Shown here piece after piece: positions 48,588 to 60,818 of a stretch of 64,000 nucleotides of DNA. The notes below the pieces were generated by a model. That model ran no database searches and was not told the DNA's origin. It saw nothing but the letters and a program-made list of their open reading frames with translations. The stretch lies in NCBI GenBank assembly GCA_958009085.1, contig OY253675.1:1116001-1180000 (forward strand). The letters run 5' to 3'. The translations under genes and the position numbers were made by a program. The DNA is from Protoeuglena noctilucae. Its lineage: Eukaryota. Numbering within the stretch: the stretch's first letter is position 1; every line of letters starts with the position of its first letter.

Positions 48588-49353
48588 CCCTGAGCACGAA
48601 GGTGGTGATAAACTCCCTCTGCCGCCCGCTGTCCCACTCGAAATGGCCGTGGACCGTCTGCAGCACGGCCCCGCTGCCCAGGTGCAGGGGCTGCGAGTCG
48701 GCCGACAGGATGCGGATCTTGACGCCGGCTAGGTCCAGCTTCGACAGCTCCTCCTGGATGGCTGCGAGGGAGGGACGGGGTGGGGGTGGTGCGTTGGCTT
48801 GGGTACCGACGCACGCAAGGGGCACGCTGGGGAACGGGTTGCAATGAAAGGCCAGGTGCCCTTTCGCTGAAGCAGCCGGGGCAACGCGAGAGGGCGCGAG
48901 GTGCGTGCCGCCATCCCTCGTGCGTGCTGGCAAGCGCGCACGTGTGTCTCACCGTCGGCGGTGCTCGCGTGGCGCGTGCTGCTCTGCAGGTCGGGCTTGG
49001 TGACCGACACGGTGAGGGACGCGTCCGGGTGGTAGAGGTCCACCAGGTCGGACGGGCTCTGCGACGCCGTGGTGAAGAACTTCTGCAGGGGCAGGGGGGC
49101 GAATGGGCACTTGGGTGGGTGCGATGCCGGTCGCGGTCAGCGGAGGGGGCGGCGAGTCGATGCGGCTGATGCTCGCCAGCACAACGCAAGAGCAACCCCC
49201 GCTCTCTCGGCCCCTCAGCTCCTCTTCTTGCATACCCTTCTGCCCCCCTCCACGACTTGCCTGGATGAAGCTGAAGCCCACCCGGGAGGCGAAGTCGGCG
49301 TCCAGGACCCCGCCCGCCGCGGCCCCGCTGTCAGCTGCCTTGTCGCGCGACAT
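48588..49353 (-). CDS. NTF2-like domain protein, G3BP-like N-terminus (truncated by the gap)
   Basis: ASRVGFSFIQ-KFFTTASQSPSDLVDLYHPDASLTV..AIQEELSKLDL..KIRILSADSQP..VLQTVHGHF..REFITTFVL fits the NTF2-like fold of G3BP proteins. Confidence 0.75.
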
Positions 49354-49663
49354 TGTGAGGGGCTTCCACGCCGTTAAAAACCCTGGGAGGGGGGGAGGGG
49401 GCACGGCAGGTGGTGAGTGCGGTGCGGGACGCTCGCAGGCGTGTCGAGAAGAGTGGAGAGGGTGATGGGACGGGCCGGGACCGCGACAGCGACGGTGACA
49501 AAAAAGCCTGCCGGCGGAAAGGGAAAGGAAAGCGCGACGCTCGCGTCCACCGGCTGGCGTGGGTGTTGGGAAACCGATGTGACCTCTCCTCGGGGTCACC
49601 TGGAGAGGGTGACGGTGTTGTCCGAGTCAACAATGCCAAGGAGAAGCGACGCCGCGGTGGGAT

Positions 49664-50183
49664 CTATCTGAAACAGCGACCGGAGGCGCTCCGGGGTGAG
49701 GCGAGAGGCCGACGCCGCGACGGGGACAACCACCACGGGACGGCCGCTGCCCTGCGGGCACGGGCGGCCCCGGGTCTCAGCGCTACGGAAACAAAAAGGG
49801 GCGACGGGGCCCGGGAGGCGCATTGCCGCCCGCGCGGGGGTCCGGGGCCCGCGATCCAGCGGCGGCCTGCTGGGGCCAGCGCGCGCCGGCCGGGGAGGCC
49901 GGGCGGGCCGCCTGCCGATCCCCGGACCCCTTGCGAAGGCGACTGCCCCGTCCAGCAACGCGCGGACGCGCCGAGGCGCTTCACCTCGACGTCCGCGCGC
50001 AGGTAATGGGCTCGGGCCTCCTGGGAGGAGTGCCACGACGCGCCCCCGAAGCGCGCGACGACGTGGCAATAGAGCGCGTACGCCTCGGTCGGCGAAGCGA
50101 GGTCCTCGTCGCCGAAGGGGGTCAGCAGCGGCAGGAAATCGCACAGCGGCGCGAGGCTCGCAAAGTGCTGCGGGAGGGCCATC
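49664..50183 (-). CDS. Possible small hypothetical protein
   Basis: Protein-like stretch MALPQHFASLAPLCDFLPLLTPFGDEDLASPTEAYALYCHVVARFGG..ARAHYLRADVEVKRL with GC3-rich codons; no family recognised. Confidence 0.3.
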
Positions 50184-50911
50184 CGGAAGCGAGGCTCGGG
50201 GACGGCGCGGCACGGGCGATGCAGAGATCGGTGCGAAAGGAAAATCTGCGAGCGGTCCGCGGTCGTCCGCGGCCGGGCCCGCGCCCATCGGGCCAGGACG
50301 GTCTCGCCCCCTCGCACCCCCCCTCCCCCCGGCTCTCTCACCTGGGGATTCCGCGACCACTTGTGGTCCATCGCCCGGGACGGCCGGGCCTGCGGGCTCT
50401 GCGGGGGAGGCGAGGCCATCGCGCACCGGGATCAGGGCCCCGCCGCTGGCTGATGGGACGGGCGCCGAGATCCAGGGGCCCAGCCACGGCGCGACACACA
50501 GGCAGCCGCAGCCTCGCAAAATCAGGCATCGGCGAGCCCAGCGCGCCGGCTCCCGATCGGGGGACGGAGAAAACGTCCCAGGAACGGCCAGCCGGGACAG
50601 GCCCGAGCGATGCGGCCGTCGGACGTTCGCACAGGCAGCGCTCGAGCGAAAGCGCGCGGGAGCCGGCACAGCTGCCACGCGGCGAGGCAGTTGCACCCCC
50701 GGCGCACCTGCGGACCGCTCCCCGCCCAGGCCTCGCTGCCGCACGGCGGGTGACTTCGGAAATCTCCGCCGGAAGGCCGGCAGCGTCGGCGGGAGGGCGC
50801 TCGCGAAGCGGTGTCAGTGGCGCGCGGTGCCAGCGGGCGCCGTTCTCCGGCCGCCGCGGCGCGGGGCCCCGGCAAGAACCCCAATCTTCCGTGCGATGGA
50901 ACGCCGCTGAG

Positions 50912-52601
50912 ATGCAGGGCGCGCAGAGCAACGATGGGGTGCCCAGCTTCAAGCTGGTGCTCGTGGGGGACGGGGGGACCGGTGAGGGATCGATGCGGGC
51001 ATTTCCTCGCGGCCGCGTTTCAAAATTTCAATGTCCCGCGAGCCATGCATGCCCAGGGCTCCGAGCGCGCCCGTCCCTTTTGCTTCCGGAGCCCGCCTGG
51101 CCGGGAGGACGGCCGCAGGGGTCCCCTGGGCCATCCGAGGGCATCCTTGTGATTCTTTTGCGCCCGCGGCGATGACTGATTGCGCTCCCGCGGCGCCAGT
51201 GGGCCACAGGCTCCTTCGAGCGCTTGCCGTGCTTTGCCGGGTCGAGCAGGGGCTCCCGGCTTTCTCGCGGGGCTTTTGCCCATTCGTGTCGCCGCGTTGC
51301 GCTAGCGGATGCGGCGGCATTCCGTCAGGGACGCCCCCTCGCCCTGAAGACGACCCCTCGCGGCGCGGAGGGGCCGACGTCCGGGCCTCCCGCGCTCCCC
51401 GCGCTTGGAGTGTGATTGCGGATGGGAGGGGATGGGGCACGGGGTCGGGCATGCCCGCCCCCGGCCACGGGCCAGGCGCGCAGCGCGGGGGCAGGCGGGA
51501 CGTCGGAATCCCGGCCTCCCGTCCCCTCCGGGCGGCTCGCGGCGCTTTCTCAATGCTGGAACTGACTGTCCGCCGCGGCAGGGAGCCTCTCGTTTCGTTC
51601 CGGCCCTGAGCACGCCTGAGCACGCTGCCGCCAGCGCAGGCAGATCCCGGCCGCGCCGCGGCGCCCGGTTTCCCTCCCGCTGCCCCCGCGAACCGAGCCA
51701 GGGCATCGCATTCGATCAGTGACCCGCGCTGCCCTCCCCGTCGGCCCGCAGGCAAGACGACGTTCGTCAAGCGCCACGTGACGGGGGAGTTCGAGAAGAA
51801 GTACGAGCCGACGATCGGCGTGGAGGTCCGGCCTCTGGACTTCAACACGGACGTGGGGAAGATCCGGTTCGTGTGCTGGGACACGGCGGGGCAGGAGAAG
51901 GTGCGTCTGAGCGAGGGCGTTGTCGCGTTGCTACATTGAGGGAGCGTGGGCGGTGCGTGACGGCCCTCGTTGCTGCCTCTCCCCGCAGTTCGGGGGTCTC
52001 CGCGACGGGTACTACATCCACGGTCAGTGCGCCATCATCATGTTCGACGTCACGTCGCGCCTGACCTACAAGAACGTGCCGACGTGGCACCGGGACATCT
52101 GCCGGGTGTGCGAGAACATTCCCATCGTCCTGTGCGGCAACAAGGCAAGTACCGACGCACTGGCGCTTATCTTCGCTTGCAGCATGGGTTGCTTCCACCC
52201 ACCACCCTGCCTGTCACGGTCGCTTCCACTCACCGCCCCGCATGCCATGGTCGCACCACCACCCCCGCGTGTCACCCACCACCACATCCCCTCTGCCTCC
52301 CCACCCCCAGGTGGACGTGAAGAACCGCCAGGTGAAGCCGAAGCAGGTGACGTTCCACCGCAAGAAGAATCTCCAGTACTACGAGATCTCCGCCAAGTCC
52401 AACTACAACTACGAGCGGCCGTTCGAGTACCTGGCGCGCAAACTGACGGGCAAGGCCGACCTGAAGTTCGTGGGGGACACGGCGCTGGCGCCCCCGGAGG
52501 TGCACCTGGACGCGGCGGCGCAGGCGGCCAACGAGCAGGAGCTGCAGGCCGCCGCCGCGCAGCCGCTGCCGGACGACGGGGACGACGACCTGCTGGAGTG
52601 A
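50912..52601 (+). CDS. RAN: Ran GTPase (exons 50912-50981, 51752-51900, 51989-52144, 52311-52601)
   Basis: [77 protein letters not shown], acidic tail [10 protein letters not shown]. Confidence 0.99.
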
Positions 52602-53759
52602 AGACCACAGGGGCAGTGTGGGGAGGGGCGGTGACTTGGTTGGAGAGGGGAGCAGGGGGGGCTGATGGCTTACTCGAGTGGGGCACAGAGGGGGCGATAT
52701 GTACGAGTGGAGCACGAGAGGGTGGGGGAGTGGGACGGGGCGCATGGGGTGGATGGGAGCGGGAGAGGGGGAGAGGGCATGGGGTAGCGCGTGTGGGAGT
52801 GGGATGCATGTGTGTTCGGGGTGGTTGGGGTTGCTAGGATGAGCGCAGCGCAGCGAGGGAGTCGGCGCGAGTGCTGGGGCGGGATTGGTGCGCCTGCAGG
52901 GAGGGGTAGCTTGGGGCGTGGGAGCGACAGGGTCGCTGCCGCGTTGAAGTGGTGCGGGTGCGAGACTTGCCAATTTCGCTTCAAAGGGACGCGGGTGCCA
53001 GCGGGTGCCAGCGGCGCGCGCATCGATGCTTGCGGCGCTCTAATGAGCCATGGCATGCGCGCGTGCGTGCGCGCGTGTTGTGCCAGGCCAGGCCTCGCTG
53101 CTCGGGAACGGGTGGCGCTTGCGGAAAGAGGAACGTGGCGGGAAGGGATATGCGCGGGGCAAGGGCTTGCCGCCCATGAGTGGTGGCCGCGCTTGGTACA
53201 CACGCAGACGCGCGTATGAGGGGGGACAGGTGGGTAAGGGACCTGGGGAGTGCCAAGCGTGGGCAATGGAGGTGGAAAGGGTCGGGGATGGGGGGCAGAG
53301 GGGCCAAGGGGACTAGGGATGGGGGGCAGGCGAGGGCGGTACGTGCGTGCGTGAAATGGGGCGAGGCTGTGCTCGGACGGTCCCCTTGCCGGGGGCGCGT
53401 GCGGCTCGAGCGGAAAGGGCTACGTGGGGATGCCAGCGACGCTGCGGCGTGTGTAATGGGCGTGATGCTGGGTGCGGGTGGCTGCACCTCAAGAGTGGGA
53501 CTGTGTGGGGTAAAGACTGGCGCAGAGACGCCATGTCATGCGCAAGAGGTGAGCATGGCAAGCTTGCGTGCGGGGTGAGGGAAGGGGTGCTGGTGGGGGG
53601 GCAGGTGCGAGAGGGCGTGGGGTGTCGCATGGCTGGGGCGGATGAGGGGCCGAGGAGGTGGCGACGCTGAGAGCGAGTGCCTCATCCCGCATGTGAGCCG
53701 TGGCGATAAGAGGCAACGCTCGGGGCGCGTGCGGGTCTGCGCAGGCCCACCCCCGCGCC

Positions 53760-56700
53760 TCACTCGCACCCCAGCCGGTGCCAGGTGCCATGCCAGCACC
53801 GTGACAGCATCCCCCGCCTCTTCTGCCGCTTCCGGGCCACGGGCTGCGTCGCGCGGAGTCCCGCGGGCTCCCCCTCCCTCTCTGCCGCCTTCGCCTCTGC
53901 CACCTCTGCCCTCGCGGCTGACCGCTCCACCTCCTCCTCTGGCAGGGCCTCCTCCCTGCGACGACAGCGGTGCAGTGGGGAGGTCAAATGACGAGACAGA
54001 AGATCAGAAGAGGACGTGTATGTGGAGCTGCGACGGAGCTGCGCTGTGTGGATGACCGGGGCAGTCGCAGCGCAGAGCCACCGACGCTCGACACGCCAGC
54101 AACAGGCGAGGGAGGGAGAGCGAGCGCCATGCATGGCACAGTCACGCAGCCATGCGGTCACCATCCACCATCCATGCACATGCACATGCACCGCCTCACC
54201 CCTCCTCCACCCTCTCCACCGCCCCCCGTGCCTTGGCCACCGCCTCCCCCGGCTCCCCCCCCTCCACGCGCTCCCTCGCCACCGCCCTCGTCTTGGCCCT
54301 CTCCTCCCCCATTGCACCCACCCCCTCCCTCTCCACCACAGCCTCCCGCCCCTCACCCCTCAGCACCTCCACGCCCCTCTCACGCACTGCCACCTGCCCC
54401 CTCCCCGGTGCCATCCCCCGCACCCTCTCCCCCTCCCTCTCCTCCTCCCGCACCCTCCGCAACTCCCTCTCCCTCTGCATCTCCCTCTCCCTCTCCCGCT
54501 GCCACTCCCTCTCCCTCGCCTCCTCCTCTCTGGCCTCCTCCACCTTGTCCCTCTGCGCATGCGATGCCCTCTCCCGCTCCCCGCGCGCCCTCTCCCGCTC
54601 CTTCAGCACCTTCTCCCGCTCCTCCGCCATCACCCCCTCCCTCTTCTCCACCCCCTTTGCCTCTCGCTCCATCACCGCCCCCGCCTCCTTGGCACCCCAA
54701 GGGCTGCGCTTCCCCACACGCTCGCCCTCCCTCTCCTCCCCATCCCTCTCACGCTCCCGCCCCGCCTTCTCCTCCACATCAAGGCCCCGCTCGCCCTCCC
54801 CCAGAGGCCCCTTCTTGCGCCCTGCGTCCCTCCGCTCCCGCTTCCCACGACCCAGCAGCCCACGCCCCTCCTTCGCCTTACCCGACCCCTCCCGCTCCCT
54901 GCCCTTCGCTGCCACCACAGGCTCAGTCGCCACAGCCGGCTCCGTCACCACCGCCTCCCGCACCATCGCCACGCCCCCCACACCCTCCTCCCCACGTGTC
55001 GCCTTCTCCACTCCCACGCGCTTGGCCGCCTCCACCACCCGGGCATCCTTCTCCATCCCAACTCCCTTCCCCATTCCCCTCTCCTCCTCAGCCACCCCGT
55101 ACGGCGGCTGCTCCTCCGCCCCCTCCCTCTCTCTGAATGGCACTGTGGGGTCCCACGCCACCCGCGATGCATCCATCAGCCACCCGCGCCGCCGCATCTC
55201 CCGCAGAACCCCGGGGTCCTCCCAGGGACCCACCTCGTGGGAGAGTGCCTCCTCCAGCGTCACCTGAGTGTGTTACAGCGGGGTGAGGGGAGGCGAGGGA
55301 GAGTACTCTCGTGTGAATGTCATCTGGGCTTAGCAGAACAGGGCAAGGGGAGGTGAGGGTGAGTGTGAAGGTGCGAAATGGTATGATGAGTGGCAGTGGG
55401 TGCATGCAAGTCGCGTCATGATCACCCCCCGCATGCGCCACGCTGCCCATCACCAGGTCTCTTGCAGATTGTGATCACTGCAGGCAGCCTCACCTTTCCA
55501 ATTGCCCCCCTTCGCCCCTCTCACTCATCACCCACTACATGCATCCGTGCCTCACCTTCCTGCTGCCCCCCATGAACTCCGGCACCACCTCAGGCGGCAC
55601 GATCTCAAAGACGGAGGCGTCAGGGCCACCCGACTGCGGTGGCAGGGGAGGGAGGGCGTCAGCGGCAAGCATGGGGCAGTGCAGGGAAAGCGAGAGGGTG
55701 AAGGTAGCATGGGCATCACAGCTGTGCTTGCGTGCGTGCATGCGTGCGCGTTACAGTGCCACTTCGACCCATGCCACTCCCCAGCACGTCTTGTACCCAT
55801 GCATATGCCCCTCACCAGCACGTGTATCTTGGACCGTGTGCGCCCGTCCACGAATGGCCGCACGACCTTCCACAGCGCGGTGGTGGCGGTGCTGGAGTTG
55901 AGGAGGAACATGTGGCCTGGGTGGAGAGTGGGGGGTCAGATGGGGTGGTACGTGTCACATGTATGCTATGGCTGTGGCTGTGGCTGTCGCTGATCCTACG
56001 TGCTATAAAGCGCCTCGCTTCCTCACCGATCTGCTCCGGGTAGTAGTCGTTGCCTGCGATGAGGGACGGAGGACATGCAATGAGGGACAGAGGAGATGCG
56101 GTGTGGCGCAGATGCCACAGCCAGGCAACAGCGACCCTCTTTCCATGGGCAACCACCAGCTGCAGCTACACGCTCACTCATGCAGCTGAGGGTGACACTC
56201 ACCGACGTGGATGAGGGACAGGAAGAGCTCAATGAACTCCCGATTGGCGACGTGCTGGGGGACGGAGAGGCCGCCCATGTCAATCAGGCTGGTGACTGCG
56301 GGTGGGGGCCAAAGACGGGTGACTGATGGCCTGCTCTCGATGCAACACGAGTGCAATACCACGTGCACTTGTCGTTACTGACTGACTTATACATTTGCGT
56401 CAAAACGGGTGACTGATGGCCTGCTCTCGATGCAACACGAGTGCAATGCCACGTGCACTTGTCCTTAATGACTGAGTCATACATCTGCGTCATCGCCAGC
56501 CATCCACCCTCACCCGAGTATATCGGGTGCCCTATGACAATCATCGCCAACCATCCATCCATCCACCCTCACCCGAGTAGACCGGGTGCCCCGCCGCGAC
56601 GGTGCAGGCGCGGAACCTGTGCCGCTCGCTCATCTCCAGCTGCCAGATGCGGGAGTCGACGAGCTTGGAAGCGTCGTGGTTGACCAGCGAGAAGATGCGG

Positions 56701-57337
56701 TCTGGGAGCGACGAGCAGCGACTGGGCTGTCACGACACCGCGAGTGCGATCACTCACACCGCACCACCGTAACACGACCGTTTGCAAATGCCGCGCCCTC
56801 ATGCCGCACACAGCCCCCAGCCAAGCACCGACACTGCAAAGCCCCCAGCACCGCCGCTGCGTCTCAGCTGATGTCCCCCCGCGTCCCCAGGTCCACAAAC
56901 ACCGGGCGGCCGAAGCGGTCGACTCCAGTCCAAAAGGAGGGGCTCTCCAGGAAGAGCTCGCGCGTGACGTGGTTGGGCAGAGAGAAGCGATACGGCAGGG
57001 AGTCCACGTCGCGCTCCTCCCTCCACTCCACTGCGGGGAGGGGGAGCCAACGGCACGTCACGTTCGCTCGCTGCCATGCATGCACCCCGCATCGCACCCG
57101 CGCCCCGGCCGGCCCCGCACCCATCTTGCGGTACATGGCCTCCGCACGCTCGACGTTCCAGTGCCGCGCCTGGAGGAAGCGCGCCAGCGTGGCATGGTCC
57201 GAGCGGTGTTCATGGAGCAGCCCGCGGGCGTCCAGCCGAGCGCGGAGGTCCTGGACCTTCCCCTCGTCCTCGGGAGTCAGACACTCGACCCATCGCGCGA
57301 ACTTGCCCAGCTCCGTCGAAACCGTGTCCGAGGACAT
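53760..57337 (-). CDS. SEC14/CRAL-TRIO lipid-binding protein with a long E/R-rich C-terminal extension
   Basis: DHATLARFLQARHWNVERA..M..WRE, GVDRFGRPV, SLIDMGGL, DYYPEQIGHMFLLN, LWKVVRPFVDGRTRSKIHVL, VPEFMGG, GPWED. Confidence 0.92.
56315..56492. repeat. ~90-bp imperfect tandem duplication in a SEC14 intron
   Basis: acgggtgactgatggcctgctctcgatgcaacacgagtgcaat... begins at 56315 and again at 56405. Confidence 0.9.
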
Positions 57338-58062
57338 GGAAACGACGCGCCCCGAAGGGGGGGAGGCACGGGATGTCATGCTGGAGCGGAAAGCGACGGG
57401 CAGGGGGTCTCGCGCGCCAACCACTCGGGTATTCGAAGCCTCGACAACTCAACGAGGCGTGCGGTTCACGAAATCGGCAAGGCTGTGGGAAACTAGGTCA
57501 GGGTGCTGGGACCCGCGCCCTGGAGCGAGATGCGACTCGACGCGCGTCCGAGATCCACAACCGTACCTTGTCGTAGCTAATAGGCCGGGCGCGGTGGTCC
57601 AGGGAGGCTGGCGTGCCTTGCAGGCCAGCGAGGCACACAACGAAGCTTCACAGCGCGAAACTGGGCCACGTCGTCGCGGCTGCTGTTCCGAATTTCACAA
57701 TCGAGAGACTTGGCGTGAGGTAGGATGTCGTGGAGAAGCGTCTGACGGTTTTTCGAGCTGTCAGAACGCAAGCGTGCACAGGATTCGCGACTGTGAGGCC
57801 ATAAGTGGGCTCATGTATTCGCTACGCGCCAGGTGAGGCTGCTAGTCAGCAGCACAGCGCAGCCCCTTCGCTGTCAACCACCAGGCGAGCCATGGGACGC
57901 AGCCACAGGCGCAGAGGTGCGCATGCGATCGGGGCACACGAAGGAGGTGCTGACGGTGGCTATGTCGCCTGATGGCAAGACGGTGGCTGTGCATTGACCC
58001 CTTGTCCTTCAACGCTGCATAGGCCGTACCGCGCTGCGCCCCCGCTGCACCCCGCAGCCCCG

Positions 58063-59409
58063 TCACTGCTTGAGGTGCTTGTCGAAGAAGGCAAACAGAC
58101 GCTCCCACGCCAGCTGCTGGTTCTCGGGCTTGGGCGGGTGCGCCCCGATCTGCTCCCGGTGCTTGGCCGACGCCTCGCTGGTGCTGTTGAGGAAGGCGTG
58201 GGCCTCGCCGGGGTAGATGAACACCTGGCTCTGCGGGTGGGACAACCCAGCGACACCGTAACGAATTTCTCCCGCACACCCTGCCCTCTCACCCATGCCG
58301 TCGCCCTCCCGCATATCCTGCCCCATCACCACACCCATCGCCCTTCCCAGGCCTCACCTGCGCCCCCGCAGGCGACTTCTTCAGCTTGGCCTCGAGCTTG
58401 AGCGCCGAGTCCTTGTCCGAAAAGCCCTTCATGGCGTCCGCCTCGCCGAAGTGGCCCTCGACCGGCACCGCGATCTTCTCCGGCTGGCAGATGGCCTCGG
58501 CGGGGATGCCGTAGAAGGGGGCGGCGCAGTCCACGCCCGCGTGCTGCGCGGCCGCCAGCGACAGCGCGCCGCCCATGCAGAAGCCCACCACGCCGACCTT
58601 GCTGCTCCCGGAGGAGCGCAGGAACTCGACGGCCTGCGTGATCTCCTTCACCGCGCCCGGGAAGTCGAGGTTGCTCATCAGGTGGTGCGCCTCCTCCTTG
58701 TCCACGCCGATCTTGCCCTTGTACAGGTCGGGGACCTGCAGGAGAGGACAGGGGAGTGGTGCGGAGGCGGGGGCAGCGTGAGGACTGGCTTACTAAACGA
58801 GCACAGCACCTCGAACACTCACCAGGACGCGGAAACCCTTGCTTGCGATCTTGAGCGCCTGCTCCTTGATCTCGTCCGTGATGCCCCACCACTCCTGCGA
58901 CGCGGGGACAGAGGGGGACGAGGGTGGGCAAAGGGATAAAGCCTGTGGCAGCAGACGCGCGAGGTCCAGCGCGCCCGACCGGCCAGTATAGTCCGCCGGC
59001 GAGAGCGCCGCGAAATTTGATATCATTCACGGACACGCGCGGGCCGCCTGCGCCGCCTGTCGAGGGTGGCACGCGCGGTCGCAGCCCGCTTTCCGGAGCG
59101 TCGCCCGCCGGCCGTCACCTGCACGCAGACGACGCCTGGGGCGCCGGCCGCGCCGGCGACGTACCCGGGAAGGTTGTCACCGAACGTGATCTTCTCCATC
59201 TTGCCTGCGGGCGCGGGCTCGAGCGCAAAAAGCTGTTGGGAAAGCCGCAGCCGCATGCGGGCCGATGCTGTCGTGCAATGTGCCCGGACCCATTGGTGAG
59301 GCAAGCCATGTGACAAGTAGTCCTCAAGCATGTCCCCAGAGCTAGCAGATGCGCGAGGATGCAATGAGGAGCACAGGACTTTACCTTTTGCAGAGAAACA
59401 GTTCCCCAT
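58063..59409 (-). CDS. Dienelactone hydrolase family protein (carboxymethylenebutenolidase-like)
   Basis: VQEWWG, GFRVLVPDLYKG, KVGVVGFCMGGALS (nucleophile Cys), PFYG, GHFGEAD, YPGEAHAFLN; first micro-exon MGNCFSAK at 59409-59385. Confidence 0.95.
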
Positions 59410-59772
59410 AGCAACAAGAAATGGCAAAGACGCAGGAAAGGAGTGCACCAACAACACTTGGTCAGACAGTCGCGTCGACAGGTGAGGGCGGGGTCCAAAT
59501 CCTGATGGCAACTTTCACCCGCCTCCGTCAGGCTCGAGATTTTCACCAAAGTCCCACGAGCCAAGGCTTGGAGAGCGTGTTGTGGTAGTGCATAGTTACT
59601 TGTGATCGTCATAGGCCCACCGAGTACGGCCAGGAAGCTGCTAATGGTGCAGGTTTTGCACACGGGGACGTCCCGTGGCCAGGCGAGAGCCGTGCGGAAT
59701 GCGCTTGGTGACTCTTGCTTTTATCGCACGTAGACTTACAATCGCGACCACCGAGACCCCCCCCCCCCGCAG

Positions 59773-60591
59773 TTGGTCGTGGCGCGGGCGGGCAGGCGCA
59801 TCGATCCGCGCCCTGGAGCAGTCGCCGTGGCCGCGAGCGTCCTTCTCGTGACGGTGAGTGCGCTATCTTGACAAGTAATTGGCGATCTCTGACAGGAAGA
59901 GCGGTCGTTCCTTGAATGGGGTGTTTTGTGTCCACGCACGCAGGGCAGCGCAGACGCTCGGGGGCCCCTGGCGCGCTGCCCGTCGGGATCTGCGTCCACT
60001 TCCGGCGCCATCGAGTTCTGCGACATCCGCGTGGGTCGGGGACGGGAGGCCCTGGCGGGGGACAACGTCGTCGTCACGCGTGAGGGGCCGCGTGCCAATG
60101 CGGGCAAGTCCGTGCATCGGTAGTACTGTACGCAATCTGCCCACCTCGCACCCCCCCAGTGGTGGCCCGCGGGGAGAGCATGGACCGGGTCTTCGCCTCC
60201 CAGCGTAACTTCGAGGTCCCCGTGGGCGACCCGGCGCAGAAGATGGGGCAGATGGGGTCGGGCGTGGACGGCCTCCGCGCCTTCGACGCCGTGGTTCTGG
60301 GCCAGCCGGGGATGCCACCCATGCGCGAGGGCGGCGTGCGACTCGCCCACCTGCCCCCTGAGGCGAGCACCGCGGCCATCGCGACATGCCATGGGGGCCG
60401 GTATGCCATGCCCACCTGTGCCATCGCGACATGCCTTATCCCGTGCCGCTGACTGGCTGCAGGAGGCGTACGGCGAGCGGGGCATGGGCTGCAGCACGAC
60501 CAAGGCCACCAAGGGCCAGAGAGTCGGGTGCATCGTGCCGCCTGGGGAGCCGGTCGAGTTGCTGGTCGAGTACATCGAGAGGGGATTCTGA
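59773..60591 (+). CDS. FKBP-type peptidyl-prolyl isomerase-like protein (probably plastid/thylakoid; start not located)
   Basis: EFCDIRVGRGREA..GDNVVV, PMREGGVRLAHLPPE-EAYGERGMGC..CIVPPGEPVELLVEYI, the FKBP pattern with a Cys-containing loop. Confidence 0.75.
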
Positions 60592-60818
60592 AGCATGGGT
60601 GGCCGTATCTGTAGGGACTCTTCCCCATGCAATCACCAACACTTGAATCGGTCACTTAGTGGGGAATCCACCGGCGGGAAAACTGTGCTATGTTGAGAAG
60701 TGGAGCTATCGAGGGAGGTGCAGTGTCAAGGAATCGAGGGCCAAGGGCATTTATGAGGAGCGGCACGGCATGTGTCGCCCACGCTTGGCTGGGCCGACAG
60801 CCCCGGGGGTGAGAGGCG

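Noticed and set aside
49596..51884. Several 300-450 aa overlapping Arg/Gly/Pro-rich ORFs
   Set aside because: Expected by chance in very GC-rich promoter and intron DNA around Ran; no domain-like content.
2184..52601. Functional cluster of centriole, replication and nuclear-transport genes (SAS6L, Timeless, NBP35, kinesin, SLX1, NTF2-like, Ran)
   Set aside because: They are interleaved with unrelated plastid and metabolic genes and no shared regulatory motif was seen; chance adjacency is sufficient.
53970..55356. Long Pro-rich or Ser-rich ORFs on the + strand (extensin-like)
   Set aside because: They are antisense shadows of the G-rich E/R-rich SEC14 tail exon.
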